DNA from: an uncultured Halanaerobiales bacterium
Lineage (GTDB): Bacteria; Bacillota; Halanaerobiia; Halanaerobiales; M55B127
Length of the DNA: 64,000 nucleotides
Direction: 5' to 3'
Assembly: GCA_913055675.1 (NCBI GenBank)
Contig: CAJXKY010000001.1
Location: 11,094 to 75,093, forward strand
The notes below the pieces were generated by a model. That model saw only the letters and a program-made list of their open reading frames with translations. It made no database searches and was not told the origin of the DNA. A program made the translations under genes and the position numbers. Each line of letters starts with the position of its first letter. Position 1 is the first letter of the stretch. Shown here piece after piece: positions 59,211-64,000 of this stretch.

Positions 59211-60382
59211 GATTAGGGTTTAATGATATGAGCAGATATAATAGAATAACTGTTTTAAATTTAATAAGACGCAATGTAAGTATCTCTAGATCAGAGTTAG
59301 CAGAAAAAACAGGACTAACTCCTCCTAGTATATCTAGAATTACTAAGGAATTAATGGAACGAGATTTAATAATAGAATCTGGTGTAGGAGAATCTAATGT
59401 AGGCCGGAAACCAATTATGATGGAATTTAATGAAAGTAGCAGGTCAATTATTGGGTTGGATTTAAGGCCTGATCACATAAATGGAGTTATTACAAATTTG
59501 AGCCCTCAAATTTTAAAAAAATATGAAAATGATTTTGATATTAATTTACCCCCAAAGAAAATTTTAAATATCTGTAGAAATTTTTTAAATAATATATTAG
59601 AGGATGTAAAAGAAATAGCGCCATTACTTGGAGTTGGGATAGTTTTGCCAGGTGTAGTTGATATAGACAAAGGGGAATTAACTTATTCCGCCCCAATGGG
59701 ATGGAGTAAAGTTGATATTAAATCTAGTTTTAAAGAAATTCTCCCAGATATACCATTTAGAATAGATAATTTAGCACATGCAGTTGCTTTAGGAGAAAAA
59801 TGGTTAAAGCATGACAAAGAAAGAGATGATTTTGTATATGTTTATGTAGGCAAAGGTATAGGAGCAGGTATTATTGCAAATGGACAAATCTATCATGGTT
59901 CTGAATATAATGCTGCTGAAATTGGCCATTCCACTATAAATTTTAATGGACCGCTTTGCAGTTGTGGAAATAGAGGATGTTTAGAAACTTATTGTTCTAC
60001 AAAAGTATTACAAAGTAATATTGAAAATAAATTAGATATTACAATTAAAAGAGAAGAAGAGTTATGGGAAATATTAAATTCAAATGAAAAAAAAGTGAAT
60101 GAAGTAATAGAGGAAGCATTAGATTATTTAGGGATAGGGATAGCTAACTTAATAAATACCTTAAATCCTGAAAAGATTATAATTGGAGGTTGGCCTCAAA
60201 AAGTAGGATATAATCAAGTACTACATTATTTGTGGAAAGTTGTACAAAAACATTCTATGGAGGGTTTAAGCGATAATATAGAAGTAGAGTTTTCATATAA
60301 AGATGAAGATGTAGGACCTTTATTAGGCGCTTCAACTTTAGTATTAGAAGACTTTTTAACAGAAACAGCAGTGAAAAATTAG
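59207..60382 (+). CDS. ROK family transcriptional regulator (wHTH + ROK sugar-binding domain)
   Basis: N-terminal ISRSELAEKTGLTPPSISRITKEL. ROK Zn motif GHSTINFNGPLCSCGNRGCLE. Confidence 0.85.
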   Translation: MRLGFNDMSRYNRITVLNLIRRNVSISRSELAEKTGLTPPSISRITKELMERDLIIESGVGESNVGRKPIMMEFNESSRSIIGLDLRPDHINGVITNLSPQILKKYENDFDINLPPKKILNICRNFLNNILEDVKEIAPLLGVGIVLPGVVDIDKGELTYSAPMGWSKVDIKSSFKEILPDIPFRIDNLAHAVALGEKWLKHDKERDDFVYVYVGKGIGAGIIANGQIYHGSEYNAAEIGHSTINFNGPLCSCGNRGCLETYCSTKVLQSNIENKLDITIKREEELWEILNSNEKKVNEVIEEALDYLGIGIANLINTLNPEKIIIGGWPQKVGYNQVLHYLWKVVQKHSMEGLSDNIEVEFSYKDEDVGPLLGASTLVLEDFLTETAVKN

Positions 60383-60451
60383 AACTATTAAATTATATGA
60401 TGAGAAATTATAATGATTTGATATAACATAAATTAAAGGAAGGTGAAAAAT

Positions 60452-61795
60452 ATGAATAAGTTTAAAATTGGTTTTGTATCTTTAGGAAAGCAATATGGAT
60501 TTAATCTTGATTTAGCCGGTGAAACTCGAAAGAAATCTATAGATTTACTTGAGAGTATTGATGACTTATCAGTAGTTACAGCTGGAGATTTAGTTATTAC
60601 AGAAAACGATGCCCAAAATGCTATAGAAAAGTTTAAAAATAATAATGTTGATCAGGTAATAATTCAAAGTGGAACATTTTCTTCAGGAGAAGTTTTTATG
60701 AAATTCGCAAAATCTTTTGATGGTCCTTTTCTACTTTGGGGAATTCCTGAACCTAAGATAGAAGAGAATATTAAACTAAACTCATTGTGTGGAGTAAATT
60801 TAAATTCCAGTCTTCTTTCAAATCTTGATAAGGAATATAAATATATATATGGTAATCCTACTGAAGAGAAAATTAATAATGAATTAGTTAGTTGGTTCAA
60901 AGTGAATTCATTAAAAGAAGATTTAAAAGATTTAAATGTAGGTTTGTTTGGTTCACACACACCAGGGTTTTATACTTTTGGCATTAATGAATTGAAATTA
61001 CGTAAAAATGTTGGTCCCCGTATAACTCATGTAGATTTAAGTAAATTATATCAAAAAGCAGAATCACATAAAGGGGAAGATACTTCTGATTTTGATAGCG
61101 AACTTAGTGAATTATCAGATAACTACGATGAACTACCTAAAAATAAACAGAGTCAGTATTCAAGGACATATAAAAGTTTTAAAGATATAATAGATGAGTT
61201 TTCTTTAGATGCAGTAGCAGTAAAATGCTGGCCAGAATTTATAGAAGATTATGGACAAGCCGCTTGTGCCACTCTTTCGAAGTTAACTAATGATGATATA
61301 GTTACAGGTTGTGAAGGAGATGTATTAGGTACTGTTACTTCCTATATATTAAGTGAACTTGGAGATAGTGCGCCCTTTATAGCTGATTTAGTTCAAATAG
61401 AAAAAGACAAAAACACAGGAGTAATGTGGCATTGTGGAGTAGCACCATTTTGCCATGCACATTCAGAAAGTCCTGTTAAAATAGGTGAAGAATTTGGTAT
61501 AGGAGGAATCAATGTAGAATTTGCTATGCAACCTGGAGAAGTTACTATTGCGAGACTTAGTATGAATAAAGGAGATTATCGACTATTAATTACAAGTGGA
61601 GAAGCAGTTGATACTACTGAAACACCTGACGGTACAGCGGCTGTTGTTAAATTTGATTCAGATATTAATGAAGTATTAGACACAATAATTTATGGTGGAT
61701 ATGAACATCATTTAAGTTTGGTATATGCAGATGTTAAAAAGGAATTAATAGAATTAGGTAAGTTATTAGATATAGAGACAGTGGTATTAGAATAA
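60452..61795 (+). CDS. L-fucose/L-arabinose isomerase-family sugar isomerase
   Basis: ATG lies 7 nt after AAAGGAAGG. About 447 aa with VTGCEGDVLGT and WHCGVAP segments as in FucI/AraA-like proteins. Confidence 0.65.
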   Translation: MNKFKIGFVSLGKQYGFNLDLAGETRKKSIDLLESIDDLSVVTAGDLVITENDAQNAIEKFKNNNVDQVIIQSGTFSSGEVFMKFAKSFDGPFLLWGIPEPKIEENIKLNSLCGVNLNSSLLSNLDKEYKYIYGNPTEEKINNELVSWFKVNSLKEDLKDLNVGLFGSHTPGFYTFGINELKLRKNVGPRITHVDLSKLYQKAESHKGEDTSDFDSELSELSDNYDELPKNKQSQYSRTYKSFKDIIDEFSLDAVAVKCWPEFIEDYGQAACATLSKLTNDDIVTGCEGDVLGTVTSYILSELGDSAPFIADLVQIEKDKNTGVMWHCGVAPFCHAHSESPVKIGEEFGIGGINVEFAMQPGEVTIARLSMNKGDYRLLITSGEAVDTTETPDGTAAVVKFDSDINEVLDTIIYGGYEHHLSLVYADVKKELIELGKLLDIETVVLE

Positions 61796-61880
61796 AATTA
61801 ACTGATGCAAATAACACTGTTCCATAAGTTACTATAATAAAAATATTTAGAATATTGTAACAGGACAAGAGGTGAATTTA

Positions 61881-63008
61881 ATGATAATTGAAAATCTTAA
61901 AGCGAACTTGGTGGTTCATCCTCTTCCAGGCGAGTTTCATCCAGCCTGGGGACCTGGGCTTACTATGAGGGAATTACCCTTGACTTTAATTGAAATAACT
62001 ACTGATACTGGAATAAAAGGTTATGGGGCCTTGCCTGCTTCTGGCAAAGAAGGGGTAGTAGGTGTCAATACATTTATTAAAGATAATTTGATTGGTTTAG
62101 ATGTATTTAATATAGAAGAGATAGAAAAAGTTTTGAGAAATGCTAGTCTAAGAACGATATGGCCTTGGGGAGTTGAAATGGCAATTTGGGATATAATTGG
62201 CAAAGATGCAAATAGACCAGTATATAAATTGATGGGGGGATTTCAAGATGAAATAAAAGTATATGCTAGTTTAGGGGAAGTTAGATCAGCTGAAGATAGA
62301 GTTAAAGAAGCAATACAAATAAAAGAAGCTGGTTTTTCTGGCATTAAATTACGGTTTCATGACAATGATCCTTCAAATGATATTAAAATAGCTCGTGATG
62401 TTGTGGAAGCTGTAGGAGAATCAATGGAAATTATGGTAGATGCTAACCAGGCAGATGCTCTTCCTGGTTCTAAAAGTGTTAATCAATGGGATTATTATAC
62501 TGCACTAGAGGTTGGTAAAGAATTAGAAAAAATGGGAATAGCCTGGCTAGAAGAACCATTACCTCGTTTTGATATAGAGGGATTAAAAAAATTATCTAAT
62601 AAACTTAGTATTCCCATAGCTGGTGGAGAAAAAAATCAAATGATTGCGGAATTCAAACAATTAATTGAAAATGATTGTTATGATATTTTACAGGGGGATG
62701 CTAGTTTTTCTGGAGGATTATTTGAATTGAGAAAAATTGCAGGTATTGCTGAAGCATATCATAAAAAATTTATTCCTCATACTTGGAGTAATGGTATTGG
62801 ATTATATGCTAATTTACAGCTAGCAGCATCATTACCAAATTGTCCATGGTTTGAATATCCCTATGAAAAACCAGGTTGGGACCATGCGGCAAATAATATC
62901 TTATTTAAAGAAGGTTTAGAGATTAAAAATGGGTATATTAATGTGCCCCAAAAACCCGGCTTAGGTTTTGAAATAGAACCAACTCAATTAGAGAAGTATA
63001 AAGTTTAG
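61881..63008 (+). CDS. enolase-superfamily enzyme (mandelate racemase/muconate-lactonizing family; probable sugar-acid dehydratase)
   Basis: KLRF, MVDANQA, WLEEP, AGGE, DILQGD, PHTW metal/acid-base ligand pattern. Confidence 0.8.
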   Translation: MIIENLKANLVVHPLPGEFHPAWGPGLTMRELPLTLIEITTDTGIKGYGALPASGKEGVVGVNTFIKDNLIGLDVFNIEEIEKVLRNASLRTIWPWGVEMAIWDIIGKDANRPVYKLMGGFQDEIKVYASLGEVRSAEDRVKEAIQIKEAGFSGIKLRFHDNDPSNDIKIARDVVEAVGESMEIMVDANQADALPGSKSVNQWDYYTALEVGKELEKMGIAWLEEPLPRFDIEGLKKLSNKLSIPIAGGEKNQMIAEFKQLIENDCYDILQGDASFSGGLFELRKIAGIAEAYHKKFIPHTWSNGIGLYANLQLAASLPNCPWFEYPYEKPGWDHAANNILFKEGLEIKNGYINVPQKPGLGFEIEPTQLEKYKV

Positions 63009-63199
63009 TAAATTCTTAAAATAATCAACAAGTTTGAAAGTTTAAATTAATTAAGTATAAATTATGGGGATAAGGTGAAAATAGGATTTTTTCATTAAAT
63101 ACAAACTTTATAACGGGGGGTGAGAAATTTCAAATAATAACAATTTGGTAGAATTAGGTTTGGAAATTAGATAAAAAATTATTTAAAGGAGGGTTTATT

Positions 63200-64000
63200 T
63201 TGTTGAAAAGAATAATTGCTTTAACAGGTTTATTAGTATTATTAGCAGGTTTATTTTTAGCTAACGGAGTCCAGGCACAGGGTGAGACAGAAATTGATGT
63301 GTGGATCTATCAGTCATTTTATGAAAATGAAGAAGATTCTGCAATAGTAAAAGCAACAGAGAAATTCATGGAAGAAAACCCAAACATAAAAGTAAATTTA
63401 ATTCCTACTGTCTATGGTTCAGGTTCTTATAGAGATAAATTCATTAGAGTTTCCAGAGGTGGCGGTGGTCCAGATGTTATAATGAACGATATTATCTGGG
63501 TACCACAAATGGCAGCGATGGAAATAATCCAGCCCGTTGGAGATATGATGGGAGATAAGAAAAATGAATTTTTCGAAACTCCTCTTAAAGCTGCAACTCA
63601 TGAAGATAAAATATATGGTGTGCCTTACCATACAAATGCTTTAGGATATTTTTATAATAAAGATCTTTTCAGAAAAGCTGGTTTAGATCCTGAAGATCCA
63701 CCAGATACCTGGAGTGAATTCAGAGCAGCAGCTAATCTAATAACAAAAGAAACAGATTCCCACGGATTTGGCTATATGGGCCATTGGGGAGGTTCGTTTG
63801 AATGGTTTTCCCCTTTCTGGGCATTTGGTGCTAATGTCTTAGAAGATAATATGAAAGAAGCAGCTTTGAATAGTCCACAGGGTAAAATGGCAACTGAATT
63901 TTGGATTAATATGGTAACCCAAGATGGTGTTGTGCCTAAAGCTTCTTCAACTTGGAAAAGCTGGGAAGAAATAGCTTCTGGTTTTGCTACGGAAACTGTA
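63200..64000 (+). CDS. ABC sugar transporter substrate-binding protein, family 1 (3' end outside window)
   Basis: Not in the ORF track because it is open-ended. TTG(TTG) start follows AAAGGAGGG. Signal peptide KRIIALTGLLVLLAGLFLANGVQA, then EIDVWIYQSF...PDVIMNDIIWV. Confidence 0.8.
   Translation, partial: MLKRIIALTGLLVLLAGLFLANGVQAQGETEIDVWIYQSFYENEEDSAIVKATEKFMEENPNIKVNLIPTVYGSGSYRDKFIRVSRGGGGPDVIMNDIIWVPQMAAMEIIQPVGDMMGDKKNEFFETPLKAATHEDKIYGVPYHTNALGYFYNKDLFRKAGLDPEDPPDTWSEFRAAANLITKETDSHGFGYMGHWGGSFEWFSPFWAFGANVLEDNMKEAALNSPQGKMATEFWINMVTQDGVVPKASSTWKSWEEIASGFATETV

Noticed and set aside
1-64000. CRISPR arrays, tRNA/rRNA genes, prophage or integrase-bounded islands
   Set aside because: Every intergenic gap larger than 150 nt was inspected. 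None shows regularly spaced repeats, cloverleaf-compatible sequence or rRNA-like GC-rich blocks. The only mobile-element trace is the decayed IS110.

Overview
Low-GC (about 30% by eye) chromosomal segment from an anaerobic, Firmicutes-like bacterium. The Halanaerobiales/Clostridia flavour of the proteins is only a guess. The window is densely coding: about 65 protein genes and one FMN riboswitch. I found no rRNA, tRNA or CRISPR array.

Gene content in order:
- Housekeeping and unknown-function genes: TIGR01212-like radical SAM, DegV, a Mut7-C/PD-(D/E)XK pair, a PP-loop ATPase, MATE.
- A frameshifted rsgA paralog behind a leader carrying two terminator hairpins.
- An ArsR/permease/thioredoxin-like trio.
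- A NuoE/NuoF-type Cys-formate dehydrogenase operon bracketed by mobB-like and mobA genes.
- A convergent family-1 encapsulin + encapsulated-ferritin operon.
- An ABC-2 exporter.
- An AT-rich islet with an HsdM-like/HsdS-like gene pair whose methyltransferase motifs are degenerate.
- A redox-stress cluster: Eis-like GNAT, MsrB-MsrA, CopB-type ATPase, aldo/keto reductase, peroxiredoxin.
- An NMT1-type ABC importer.
- The FMN-riboswitch-controlled ribD-ribE-ribBA-ribH operon.
- A decayed IS110 element next to a truncated peroxiredoxin.
- Two tungsten-type aldehyde:ferredoxin oxidoreductase (AOR) paralogs. The first sits with LacI/MoaD-like/amidohydrolase/RibD_C genes. The second leads a GH31-aldolase-kinase-ROK-isomerase-enolase-superfamily-ABC sugar operon.

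Most notable hidden signals:
1. An in-frame TGA at the catalytic GCFWG position fuses MsrB to an uncalled MsrA domain, making a candidate selenoprotein with a SECIS-like hairpin.
2. An intact but catalytically degenerate type-I-like M/S pair with no R subunit.
3. An AOR paralog with no canonical start codon, only an ATT at ideal SD spacing.
4. An AOR embedded in a carbohydrate operon.
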